From Isurus oxyrinchus (lineage: Eukaryota): a stretch of 64,000 nucleotides of DNA. The translations under genes were made by a program, and so were the position numbers. Positions 24,471 to 36,320 of the stretch are shown here, in pieces (within the stretch, counting starts at the first letter, position 1; the number at the start of each line of letters is the position of its first letter). A model generated the notes under the pieces. The model was given only the letters and a program-made list of their open reading frames with translations. It was not told the DNA's origin and ran no database searches. The DNA lies in contig JANJGN010000189.1 in the NCBI GenBank assembly GCA_026770705.1, positions 186,001 through 250,000 on the forward strand, in the 5' to 3' direction.

Positions 24471-26859
24471 CTACAGAGAAATGGAAACAGAAGACATCCT
24501 CACATTATTTACTGGCACTGATAGGGTTAAATTATTGAGCAGCCTCATTAGTGTCAGTCTTGTCTCAGTGGGTTTAACCCTCTCTCTCATGTCATCTGAA
24601 AGAAACCACCTATGGCAGTGCAGTGCTCCCTCAGTACTGACCCCCCCGACTGTGCAGCACATCCTCAATAGTGACCCTCTGTCAGTCTCACACTCCCTCA
24701 TTACTGACCCTCTGTCAGTCTCACACTCCCTCTGTACAGTGCAGCACTTCCTTAGCACTGACCCTCTGACAGTGCAGCACTTCCTTAGCACTGACCCTCT
24801 GACAGTGCAGCACTCCCTCGGAACTGACCCTCCATCAGTGCAGCGCTCACTCAGTACTGACCCTCCAACAGTGCAGCAATCCCTTAGCACTGACCCTCTG
24901 ACAGTGCAGCACTCACTCAGTACTGACCCTCCATCAGTGCAGCACTCCCTTAGCCCTGACCCTCTGACAGTGCAGCACTCCCTCAGTACTGACCGTCTGA
25001 CAATGCAGCACCCCCTCAGTACTGACCCTCCGACTGTGCAGTCCCCCGCCGGTACTGACCCTCTGACAGTGCAGCACTCCAAGACTGACCGTCTGACAAT
25101 GCAGCACCCCCTCAGTACTGACCCTCCGACTGTCCTGCCCCCCCGCCGGTACTGACCCTCCGACAGCTCGGTAATTTCTCAATTATGCCTGGTGGTCCTT
25201 TTAACTCAGAGCTGAGAGTTGCAGAGAATCGAGCACACATCCTGAACTGACACTTGCAGTGCAAGTACTGGGAGCGCGCTGGTCATTATCATGCTGCTGT
25301 CTGTGGGATCTTACTGTGCGCCAATGGCTGATTCTTTTCCCACAGTACATCAGTGACCTCACATGAAAGAAAAAAACCACTTGATTGTCTGCGAAACACT
25401 TTGGGACGTCCTGATGTGTTGGAAGGCGCTAGAGAAATGCAAGTCCTCTTTGTCTTTCACTCGATCCTCTAAGGTGTCTGTTGATTAACCAGCCTCTCGG
25501 TGTTTGATGTAGGCCTGGTTATAAACAGGTAGAAGGATCAAATATCAAAAGTGCTTTGGCTGACAGTCAAACCGATTGTGCATTCGGAGAGATTAGATAT
25601 GGTCTGCACACAATGACTCCAGTCTCTGGCACTGACTGCCGCCTGGGGTCTCCCTTCCACATAACACTCACAACTTGCATTTACACAGCGCCTCTGATAT
25701 TGCAAAATGTCCCCGCCCACATTACCGGAGCGTAAATCAGAGAGAAGTCTAACACTGAGTCACATATGGAGATATTAGGGTTAGGTGACCAAAAGCTTGG
25801 TCAAAGATGTCAGTTTTTAAGGAGCGTCTTAAAGGAGAGAGAGAGAGAGAGGCAGAGAGGTTAAGGGAGGGCATTCCGGAGCTCAGGGCCCCAGGCAGCT
25901 GAAGGCACGGCCACCAATGGTGGAGCGATGGGAATCAGGGGGACCCGGGAGATGCAGTAATGTCAGAGATTTTGGAGGAACATCGGGACCGGAGGAGGTG
26001 TTCTCCTGCTCCATATCTCTCTCTCTCTTCCTCTCATCCACTCCTCCTCTCCCTGTCTCTCTCTCTCCTACTCTTCCTCTCAATTGCCCTCTCTCCCAAT
26101 CTTTCTCTCCTCTCTCCCTTTTCCTGTCTCTCTCCCTCTCTCTCCCCTGTCTCCTTCTCCCACTCTGTATCTCTCCCTCTCTCTCACACTATTTTTGTAC
26201 CTTTCGCTCACTCTGTAACTCTCCCTTTTCTGTTAATTTCTCTCTCTTGGACAATCTCTCTTCCCTTTTCACTTTCCCTCACTCTGCATCACTTCTTTAA
26301 TTTCTCCCTCTGTCACTCTCTCCCACCTATGTTCTTTCCCTTTCACCCCTCCCCGTCCCACTCTCTGTCTCTCTCTTCCAATCCCTCCCTCCCCCATTCC
26401 ATCCCTCTCTCCGACTCTCGACTCCCAGCCTCTCTTTAACCCACTCCCAGGCTGGATCAGTCTCCCTCTCACTATTCCCGGCGTGGGTTACATTTAAAAT
26501 TCCTGTGGGGATATGTTCACTTCCTTGGAATTGCCTCTTCCCAGCTTTGCAAAAAAAAGTTGGGGGGGGCTCGATTTCAAACATGCCTCCTGAGTATAAC
26601 CGAGACAGACTGCCACTGAAATCAGCTTGAAATCAGAAAACTTTCTGTGGAAGAAACGAGCAGGGAGAAACCTTAAAATAAGGAATGAATTTCCACCTAC
26701 CGTGTCCGGGGAATCCACAGATTTCTCAATCGTCGAAGAACCTAAAGCAGTGTCAACCTGCAAAAAGAAAGAATTTATCAGGGAGAAAGTGAGAGGAGGA
26801 TTGAGGGAGAGGGAGAGAGAGAGAGAGAGGTACAGGAGAGAGAGAGGGGGAGGAGGACA

Positions 26860-27160
26860 GACTTGCATTTCTCTAACGCCTTTCACCACATCCCAAAGCA
26901 TTTCACAGCCACTGAAGGATGTTTTTGAAGTGCACTCACACTGTAGGAAATGTGGCAGCTGATTTGTGCACAGCAAGATCCCACAAATAGCAATGTGATC
27001 ATGGCCTAGATCATCTGTTTTTGGTGATGTTGGGTGAGGGATAAATATTGGTCCCAGGACACCGGGGAGAACACCCCCTGCTCTTCCTCCAAATAGTGGC
27101 TGTGGGATCTTTCACACCCGCCCGAGAGGGCAGACGGGGGACTCAGTTTAATGTCTCATT
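26860..27160 (-). mobile_element. SINE resembling the Deu-domain SINE family
   Basis: Core gctatttgtgggatcttgctgtgcacaaat…cacttcaaaa…aaaggcgttagagaaatgcaagt on the minus strand; copies at ~25280-25450, 37330-37590, 42700-42850, 53840-54105, 63410-63715. Family assignment is from recollection, not a search. Confidence 0.6.
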
Positions 27161-27479
27161 CAACATTGTTGAGCTCCCTCAGTACTAACCCTTTGACACT
27201 GCAGCACTCCCTTAGTATTAACCCTTCGATAGTGCTGCGCTCCCTCAGTATTGTCCCTCCATCAGTGCAGCTCTATTTCAGTACTAACCCTTCAACACAG
27301 CAGTACTCCCTCAGTACTGACCCTCCGACAGTATAGCACTCCCTCAGTACTGTCCCTCCAACAGCGCAACACTTCCACACTACTGACCCTCTGAGAGTGC
27401 AGCACTCCCTCAGCACGGAGCGTTGACCTACATTATGGGACTGAATTCCCTGGAGTGAGACTCAGACCAGTGATTTAGG

Positions 27480-28335
27480 TAGGGTTGTGGGGGCTGGAGG
27501 AGGTTACAGAGATAGGGAGGGTTGTAGAGGCTGTAGGACGTTACAGAGATAGGGAGGGTTGTAGAGGCTGTAGGAGGTTACAGAGATAGGGAGGGTTGTA
27601 AGGGCTGGAGGAGGTTACAGAGATAGGGAGGGCTGTAGAGGCTGTAGGAGGTTACAGAGATAGGGAGGGTTGTAAGGGCTGGAGGAGATTACAGAGATAG
27701 GGAGTGTTGTAGGGACTGTAGGCGGTTACAGAGATAGGGAGGGTTGTAGGGTCTGGAGCAGGTTACAGAGATAGGGAGGGTTGTGGGGCTGGAGGAGGTT
27801 ACAGAGATAGGGAGTGTTGTCGGGGCTGGAGGAGGTCTACGGAGATAGGGAGGGTTGTAGGGACTGGAGGAAGTTACAGAGATAGAGATTGTTGTAGGGG
27901 CTGGAGGATGTTTCAGAGATAGGGAGGGTTGTAGGGGCTGGAGGATGTTACAGAGATAGGGAGGGTTGTAGGGGCTGGAGGAGGTTACAGAGATAGGGAG
28001 GGTTGTAGGGGCTGGAAGAGGTTACAGAGATAGGGAGGGTTGTAGGGGCTGGAGGAGGTTACAGAGATAGGGAGGGGTGTAGGGGCTGGAGGAGGTTACA
28101 GAGATAGGGAGGGCTGTAGGGGCTGGAGGATGTTACAGAGATAGGGAGGGTTGTAGGGGCTGGAGGAGGTTACAGAGATAGGGAGGGTTGTAGGGGCTGG
28201 AGGAGGTTACAGAGATAGGGAGGGGTGTAGGGGCTGGAGGAGGTTACAGAGATAGGGAGGGGTGTAGGGGCAGGAGGAGGTTACAGAGATAGGGAGGGTT
28301 GTACGGGCTGGAGGAGGTTACAGAGATAGGGAGTG
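27480..28335. repeat. 37-bp minisatellite (ggaggaggttacagagatagggagggttgtaggggct)n
   Basis: Visible tandem units; also ~30985-31640, 61365-61470, 62215-63000. Confidence 0.92.
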
Positions 28336-28698
28336 GCTGAGGAGGGATTGAAAACAAGAATGAGAATTTCAGGGGAAATGACAGAAGGAAATGATGTTAA
28401 ATTCATAGAGGGCGACAATATTAAAGGCACGAACATAATAATATCAAACTGCGGAAGAGACCAGTCTATCTGGGTGGTAGACGTAGAGTCATGTGCAAGA
28501 AACACCTCACCCAGAGGGACATCTCTTAGCTTAACCTCGACAAGGAGAAGAAGTGACTCAGCTGCAGGGAGAGCAGCAAAGTCAGAGTGGACAAGACAAG
28601 TCGCCATTTCATCTGGGAGCTTCCCATCTCTGCCTGTCTCTTCTGATCTTCTGGCTCTGCTTTGATGCTTTGGTTTGTAACTAGAGGAGCTTCCTGCT

Positions 28699-28846
28699 CT
28701 TATACCTGAAACACTTGAAGGGGACAGCCGCGGGCGGGTAGCTGTGTGGTATCACACCCATTTCTGGATATTGCAGTGTCGATGTTCCCTGTCCCACTGG
28801 CCTGGGACCAGCAGTAAGGTCACTGGGACATAGACTGTCTGGCGCC
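28699..28846 (-). promoter_or_regulatory. TATA promoter with BMP/SMAD composite element GGCGCC-N5-GTCT
   Basis: TATAAG at 28704-28699, ~75 nt upstream of ATG 28627; minus strand 28846-28832 reads GGCGCC AGACA GTCT; GC-rich box between them. Confidence 0.6.
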
Positions 28847-29309
28847 GAGAACTATCAGTCCCTCCGCAACGCCCTTCACCTTGTGCAAATATGTGTTCAT
28901 ATTGATGCAACACAACATAGCAAAAACATAGGGGCTGGTTCTAATGTCGGCAAATCAGGTGAACCGCATGCCCCCTAACCCCTTACTCCTCTCATTGCTC
29001 CTCCTTCCTGCCAGACACTTACTATTTTACAAATTGTGTGCGTTGCTTTTATTTCGGACAAGGGGCCTCGAGGGGGAACTGATTTACGCTGAGGTTTAGG
29101 GGTTAACAGCCATGTCATGTGTTGATCGGTCAGTGTTTACCATGTGGAGACTGTCTGTCACCAGCTTTGTTAATGGTTTATCCAGGAACATTGAAGGGCA
29201 TGAACGTTCTTGCTTTGTATGGAACAAGTTACCAACTGGGTTCAGTCATCGACTCAGACTCACATCAACATAAACTGGCTTCTGACAGGTAAGTTTCTAT
29301 TACATGAGG

Positions 29310-29900
29310 GTAGGAGGAGGCCATTTGGCCCCTCGAGCCTGCTCCACCATTCAATGAGCTCATGGCTGATCTGCAAACTAGCCCCATATGCCTTTGTCCC
29401 ATCTCCTTTAATACCTTTGGATAACAAAAATCTATCAGTCTCACAGGTTTAAAATGAACAACTTGATCGTGCATCAGTTCCTGTTTGGGGAAGAGAGTTC
29501 CAAATTTCTCCCACCCTTTGTACTTCCTCATTTAATTCCTTTTTAGGCTCTGACCCCGAGTCCCAGACTCCCCCCAACCAGGGGAAATGGTTTCTCTTTA
29601 TCTCCCCCGATCTGTTCCCCTTAATATCATGCGAACTTTCATCAAATCCCCTGCTTAACATTCTAACTTCCAGGGAGGACAAGCCGAGTTTGTGTTTAAT
29701 CTCTCCTTGTGATTTAACCCTTGGAGTCCCGGTCTCATTCTGGTAAACTGACACTGCTCTCCCTCCGAGGTCAATATATCCTTCCTAAGGTGTGGGGCCC
29801 AGAATGTCTCACAGTGACTCCAGGTGTGGTCTAGCCAGGGCTTTATGTAGACTGAAGCATGACCTCTGCCCCCTTATATTCTAATCCGTGAGATAGAAAG
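29310..29900 (-). mobile_element. CR1-like LINE 3' fragment
   Basis: Minus-strand remnants GLEYKGAEVMLQ, KLGLSSLEVRML, WNSLPQ. Confidence 0.65.
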
Positions 29901-32029
29901 GGCAGAGTTCCAGAATTGTTGTGTTTATTTGACAACAGAATAACAGAGGAAGGTTTCCTCTCTGCCCTCTTCAGCCCCACTGGGAAGGTCAGGATGAGAA
30001 GGTTGGGCTGGGTCCCCTGTACTGGACACTCGCTGAATCTTCCAATGATAGTTCTGGGCTGGATTTCAAAACGCATAGACAAGGATTCAGTGTTCCATCA
30101 CATTCTGCCTTTGTCTCTTTTCCTCTCGTTCTCTTTCTCTACCATCCTCTCTCTCTATCTATCTATCTTTCTCCTCATTCTCTCCTGCTTCATCTCTATC
30201 ACTTTCTTTCTACTTCTTTGTGTGTCTCTGTCTGTCTCTCTCTCTCACTCTTTCTTTCCTTGTCCTTATCTCTTTCAGTGTCTCCCTCTTTCTCTCTCTC
30301 TCTCTCTCTCTAAATGTGACCCTCTCTAACAGTTTGGCCCAGTACTCTTATTTCCCTGTTTTACTGGTGTTCCATTTGAAGGTATACAAGACCAGATCAG
30401 ACCAGAATGTTTATTTTCCAGTGTTTACTGTGTTTTTTTCATTCTGGGTGTCTCTCGACTCTGTCTGTCCCTCTCTGTCCTTTTATTTCATTCTTTCATG
30501 TGATGTGGACATCACTGCCTAGGCCAGCATTTATTGCCCAACCCTAATTGCCCTTGTTCAGAGGCCACTTTTTAAAAGTGAACCACATTGCTGTGGGTCT
30601 GGAGTCACATGTAGGCCAGACCAGGTAAGGACAGCAGATTTCCCTCCCTAAAGGGCATTTGTGACCCAAATACAAGAATCAGCAATGGTTTCCTGGTCAT
30701 CATCGGACTTTTAATTCCAGGTTTTTATTGAATTGAAATTCCACCAACTGCTGTGGTGAGATTCTAACCAGGGTCCCAGGAGCATTACACTGGGTCTCTG
30801 GATTACTGGTCCAGTGAAAATACCATCAGGCCAACACCTCCCCACTCTTCCCTTCCACCATCTTTCACACTTGTTCTCTCTCTCTCTCACTCTCCTTCTC
30901 TCTTCTCCCTCTCTCAGTCTCTGTCTGTCTCTCAATCTCTCTATCGCTCTCTCTCTCCCTGTCGCTCTCTCTCTGACTGTCTCCCTCCCTATATCTGTAA
31001 CCTCCTCTCTCTGTCCCTTTCCTCCAGCCCCTACAACCCTCCCTATCTCTGTAACCTCCACCAGCCCCTACAATCCTCCCCATCTCTGTAACCTCCTCCA
31101 CCTCCCACAACCCTCCCTATATCTGTAACCTCCTCCACAAGCCCATACAATCCTCCCTATCCCTGTAACAACCTCCAGCCCGACAACACCCCTATACATG
31201 TCACCTCCTCTAGCCACTGTAACCCTAATAATCTCCCAAGCCTCCACCAGCCTTGACAATCCTGCCCATCTCTGTAACATCCTCCAACCACCACAACCCT
31301 CCCTATTTCTGTAATCTCTTCCAGTCCCTACAACCCTCCCTATCTCTACAACCTGCTCCACCCCCTGCAACTCGCCCTATCTCTGTGTCATCCTCCAGCC
31401 CCTACAACCCTCCCTATACCTGTAACCTCCTCCAGCCCCTACAACCCTCCCTATCTCTGGAACAGCTTCCAGCACCTACAACCCTCCTTATCTCTGTAAC
31501 CTCCTCCAGCCCCTACAACACTCCTTATCTCTGTAACCTCCTCCAGCCCCTACAACCCTCCCTATCTCTGTAACCTCCTCCAGCCCCTACAACCCTCCCT
31601 ATCACTGTAACCTCCTCCAGCCCCTGTAACCCTCCCCATCTCTTGAAGGGTTCTCAAAATTTCCAACTGTCAAGGAACCCTGGGTTGGTGAGCGTGACCC
31701 CTGACCTCTCCTAGTGCAATTTAGTTAGGGTTTGGGGGTGGGACAAGGGTAAGGGCATTAGTAGCGTGATTCTCCCTCGTTATGCCGTGTGTTCCCTATT
31801 CTTAACTCAGTGTACTTTGTAAGTCTGTATAATCTCAGTGTCATCCTAATGTTAGAAGTTCATTTGTGACTTCAGTAAACTCAGTTTTTGTCTTGCACCA
31901 AAACCAGTTGTCTGCTGCACTTTGTGACAAGCCCCGAATAAGTCCAAGGTCTAGAACCCAGGGAGTGGGAGTGATTCAGACGGCTCAGAAGTCGCAGGTG
32001 AAGCTGACACACACCACCACACCCTACAA

Positions 32030-32430
32030 GGGGCTGAATGGCCTCCTCCTGTTCCTGTGTAATGGGCTTCAGTGGCTGAATGGCCTCCTCCTGTTCCTGT
32101 ATAACGGACATAAGTGGCAGAATGGCCTCCTCTTGTTCCTGTGTAACGGACATAAGTGGCAGAATGGCCTCCTCCTGTTTCTGTGTAACAGTCTTGAGGG
32201 GGCTGAATGGCCTCCTCCTGTTCCTGTGTAACAGTCTCGAGGGGGCTGAATGGCCTCCTCCTGTTCCTGTGTAACAGTCTCGAGGGGGCTGAATGGGCCT
32301 CTTCCTGTTCCTGTGTAACAGGCTCGAGGGGACTGAATGGCCTCCTCCTGTTCCTGTGTAACAGGCTTGAGGGGGCTGAATGGCCTCCTCCTGTTCCTGT
32401 GTAACAGGCTCAAGGGGCTGAATGGCCTCC
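32030..32430. repeat. ~41-bp minisatellite (ggctgaatggcctcctcctgttcctgtgtaaca…)n
   Basis: Visible tandem units; mirror copy at ~60655-60975 has fewer units. Confidence 0.9.
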
Positions 32431-32699
32431 TTCTGCACTGTAAACTTGTTGTGATACTGTAACTGCCTCTTTGGTTTCATTCAGCTGAATCTTCATCTCT
32501 TCAGTCTCTTCCTTGTATCTCTTGCCTTCCTCCTGGAACATTGGACATGGTTGGGTCTTCCCTGCCAACTGTTTCTTCAGTTTGCTCAGAGCGGCACAGA
32601 ATTCGCTTTCTTTCTCTTCAGGATTTTCCAGTGGAACCAACTCTGACCTGAGGGACACTTGCAGCCTGTGAGGATGCTTCAATTCTTCAAACTCATTCC

Positions 32700-33805
32700 G
32701 AGATACACTCTCATATTCCCCCAGCAACTCAGCAACTCCTCCAGTGAAACATTTCAGAGCAGCTGAGCTTGGTTTTCTGGAACCAGTCTCGGCCCAGAAG
32801 ACTAGGGCCCTCACCTGTCGCTATGATCACTGGAAGCTGGGCTGTCTGCTGCCTGTAGGACACAGGTACTGGGATGAGGTCCTTTCCCTGTATGGATTCT
32901 CCAGTGTGTGTCTTCAGCTGATCCATTGTTGGCTCTAAATTCAGCGTCTGGGTTCCTTCATTTAGCTGTTTAAATGTGGGCTCTTCCACCACTGTGTCTG
33001 AGGCTCCCGTATCTGCCCCATTACTAGTGGCTGCCCATTCACTTGGGTTGTGATGGTTATAGGTTCAGTTTTTACCACTGTGACATTGGACAGGGAATAG
33101 ACATCGGTATCAGCAGCTTCAGGCTCTGTGATATTATTCACTTCCATCATGTTGGTGCACTGTCTGATAGACTGTCTCGATTTCACCCTGCATTGCTTTA
33201 TTACCCACCCCTTTCTTGTGGCAGTGATGGCCTTCTGCCCCCTTGAACCTGCAGGTGTCCAGTACGTGCTCACTCCCCCCCACATCGAGAACAGGCCAAC
33301 TTCGGAGTTGCTGCTGAAATACTCCCACGAAGCCTTTTAGTTTCTGGAGCGGCAGAGACTGTCTCTCGCTTGGCGGCTGTCTCTCTCTCTCTCTCTCCAG
33401 TTTGAGCCTCACGCCTGGTGGTTGTTTCCTGTCCCAGCTGAGGAATGGCGCCATGTTGTACATCCTGTAAATCCCGCCAGTCTCTCCCAGCACTTTCCAT
33501 GCCTAGCGCTATTTCCATGGTGCGCTTCAAATCGATGTCGGCTTCTGCGAGTAAACGGCTCTGAATGGCGTTGGGGTGAACGACACAAACCAATCGGCCC
33601 CGCAACATGTCATTGAGTGTGTCTCCGAGGTCCCAGTGCTCAGTCACCTGCTTCCACTTCACTGTAGAGGTTGCGATGGACTCTCCCTGGGCCCTTACTC
33701 TGGAGTTAAACTTAAACCTTTTCATTATTACCCACGGCTTCAGCTGAAAACACATCTTCATGAGGTCGACTAATTGGTGAAAAGATTTAGAATTGGGTGC
33801 AATAC
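32700..33805 (-). mobile_element. Ty3/Gypsy-type gag-protease remnant
   Basis: Gag-like KRFKFNSRVRAQGESI…LNDMLRGRLVC…IQSRLLAE; zinc-knuckle-like CSRCGGEH…C; aspartic protease DTGA at 33013-33002 and PSLLGRDW; frameshifted, no RT or LTR seen. Confidence 0.85.
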
Positions 33806-34954
33806 ACGTCACTGTCTTCAGCTCTGAGACTGTCAATCCTCACCGAACAATTCTTCCCTTCCAAGTTGCCGATTATTTTAGCACGTCCCACGAATGTGGC
33901 CATCCCATAGTTGGGATCTTTGGTGTATGTGATGGTATATTTCCATCTATACCAATATTTATACCAAGCTCCGTGCAGTGCTGTGTAAGAGTGGGAAGGA
34001 AAGTCAAAGCTACACGGAATAACCACACAAGAGCTGCTGATGGCCCTCCGAGGCAGCGCCTTCATAGACCATCCCTCTGACGTCACTCCTGAAAGGCAAC
34101 AAGGGAGGGGACTGAACATCAAAAAGCAGAATATTACTTCAATGGAGAGAGTCTACAGAATGCGGTACAGAGGGATCTGGGTGTCCATGTACATGAATCA
34201 CAGAAAGTCAGCATTCAGGAACAGCACGGAATGAGGAAGGCAAGTGGAATGTTGGCCTTTATTGCAAAGGGATGGAGTATAAAAGGAGGGAAGTCTTGCT
34301 ACAACTGTACAGGGCGTTGGTGAGATTGTATCAGGAGCAGTGTGTACAGTTCTGGTCTCCTTACTTAGGGAGGGATAGACTCTGCATTGGAGGCAGTTCA
34401 GAGGAGGATCACTGGGCTGATTCCTGGGATGAAGGGGGTTTGTCTTATGAGGAAATGTTGAGCAGGTTGGGCCCTGTATCCATTGGAGTTTAGAAGAATG
34501 AGAGGTGATCTTATTGAAACATATAAGATTCTGAGGTGGTGGGGGGTTTGACAGGGTGGATGCTGAGGGGATGTTACCCCTTGTGGGGGAATCCTGTGAA
34601 GCAATAAGGTTGTTTTACTGCATTAAAGGTGCTGTATAAATGCACTGTCATTCCTATTGAAACAAGCTCTCTGATGCACAAACAGAAAATGCTGGAAAAA
34701 CACAGCAGGTCTGACAGCATCTGTGGAGAGAGAAACAGAGTTGGTGTTTCGAGTCCGTATGAGACTTTTTCTTTTGCTATATTCTCTGACTCGCTATTCA
34801 CTCACTCTCTGTGTGATCACTAACCCTGTTCTCTAAAATTAAATGTTCACTTCCTCACTCCAGGAAAGAATCCAATTCCCTGAGTTCCGATCAGTAATGA
34901 ATTTGTACCTTGCAGCAAGCTGATGAAGATCAATATCAGACCGACCTCTCCCAT
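33787..34954 (-). pseudogene. Gene C: second Siglec-type gene, leader + truncated V-set exon
   Basis: Leader 34954-34909 MGEVGLILIFISLLQG; V exon from 34088 with SCVVIPCSFDFP…HGAWY…FVGRAKIIGNL…NCSVRI…EDSDVY, then fused to gag sequence and stopped at 33789-33787. Confidence 0.85.
34160..34590 (+). mobile_element. CR1 LINE 3' fragment in the leader-V intron (mirror at ~58520-58950)
   Basis: MEYKRREVLLQLYRALVR…CVQFWSPYL…GLSYEE. Confidence 0.8.
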
Positions 34955-35219
34955 CTTCAGTACCTCATCTAAATGGAAATGATAAAGACAGAGACTTTTT
35001 CAGAAATTGTCCCCAGTGTTTCTTCCTCAAACAACAACTTGTGTTTAAATGGCACCTTTCAGTGAGTTAAACAGCCCCAGGGAATAAACTAATGTCAAGA
35101 CAAGGAAGGAGAGATTGAGAAGGGACATCGCAAACCGATTCACCAAACACGGCAAAAATTCATTGTTCCCTCACTCCCTGTGCTGGGTGTCCAGCTTTTT
35201 CTCTCAGTGAGTTTAGTCC

Positions 35220-35528
35220 TCACAATCTCTATCTATCACACTCTTCTGCTCTCTCTCTCTCTCTCACACACACATTCTCTCTCTAACACTCACAATCTCT
35301 CTCTATCACACTCTTCTGCTCTATCTCTCTCTCTCACACACACATTCTCTCTCTAACACTCACAATCTCTCTCTATCACACTCTTCTGCTCTATCTCTCT
35401 CTCTCACACACACATTCTCTCTCTAACACTCACAATCTCTCTCTATCACACTCTTCTGCTCTATCTCTCGTTCACTCACACACATTCTCTCTCAGACACT
35501 CACATTCTCTCTCTATCACACTCTTCTG

Positions 35529-35560
<32 letters not shown>

Positions 35561-36320
35561 TTCTCTCTCTAACACTCACAATCTCTCTCTATCACACTCT
35601 TCTGCTCTATCTCTCTCTCACACACATTTTCTCTCTAACACTCACAATCTCTCTCTATCACACTCTTCTGCTCTATCTCTCTCTCTCACACACACATTTT
35701 CTCTCTAACACTCACAATCTCTCTCTATCACACTCTTCTGCTCTATCTCTCTCTCTCACACACACACATTCTCTCTCTAACACTCAATCTCTCTCAAATG
35801 CACTCTTCTGCTCTATCTCTCTCTCACACACACACCTTCTCTCTAACACTCACAATCTCTCTCCATCACACTCTTCTGCTCTATCTCTCTCTCTCACACA
35901 CACATGCTCTCTCTAACACTCACAATCTCTCTCGCACTTTTCTGCTGTATCTCTCTCTCTTTCACACACACACATTCTCTCTCTAACACTCACAATCTCT
36001 CTCTATCGCACTCTTCTGCTCTATCTCTCTCTCTCACACACACACATTCTCTCTCTAACACTCACAATCTCTCTCTATCACACTCTTCTGCTCTCTCTTT
36101 CTCTCTCACACACACATTCTCTCTCTAACACTCACAATCTCTCTCTATCACACTCTTCTGCTCTATCTCTCTCACACACACCTTCTCTCTCTAACAAACA
36201 CAATCTCTCTCTATCACACTCATCTGCTCTATCTCTCTCACACACACATTCTCTCTCTAACACTCACAATCTCTCTCTATCACACGCTTCTGCTCTCTCT
36301 CTCTCTCACACACACATTCT
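35220..36320. repeat. ~60-70-bp CT/CA-rich satellite
   Basis: Unit ctctctctaacactcacaatctctctctatcacactcttctgctctat(ct)n(ca)n. Confidence 0.92.

Larger units (their letters stand above)
25455..28627 (-). pseudogene. Small secreted-peptide gene remnant, hepcidin-like architecture (left arm copy)
   Basis: Exon 1 28627-28536 MGSSQMKWRLVLSTLTLLLSLQLSHFFSLS (signal-peptide-like); exon 2 26757-26701 VDTALGSSTIEKSVDSPDT with a strong acceptor and gtaggt donor; candidate exon 3 from 25514 AYIKHREAG*STDTLEDRVK abutting a SINE tail. Exon 1/2 phase mismatch, a premature stop and no visible Cys-rich mature peptide, so the identity is inferred. Confidence 0.45.

Noticed and set aside
28281-28665. 108-110 aa ORFs on both strands (MATCLVHSDF…, MAEEGLKTRM…)
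   Set aside because: No recognisable domain and they run into minisatellite. The signal-peptide frame starting at 28627 is more convincing, although the MATCL frame would splice in phase to the 57-nt exon and cannot be fully excluded.
33787-34122. Assigning gene symbols MAG, CD22 or SIGLEC1 to genes A-D
   Set aside because: Family hallmarks are clear, but similarity by eye is not specific enough for orthology
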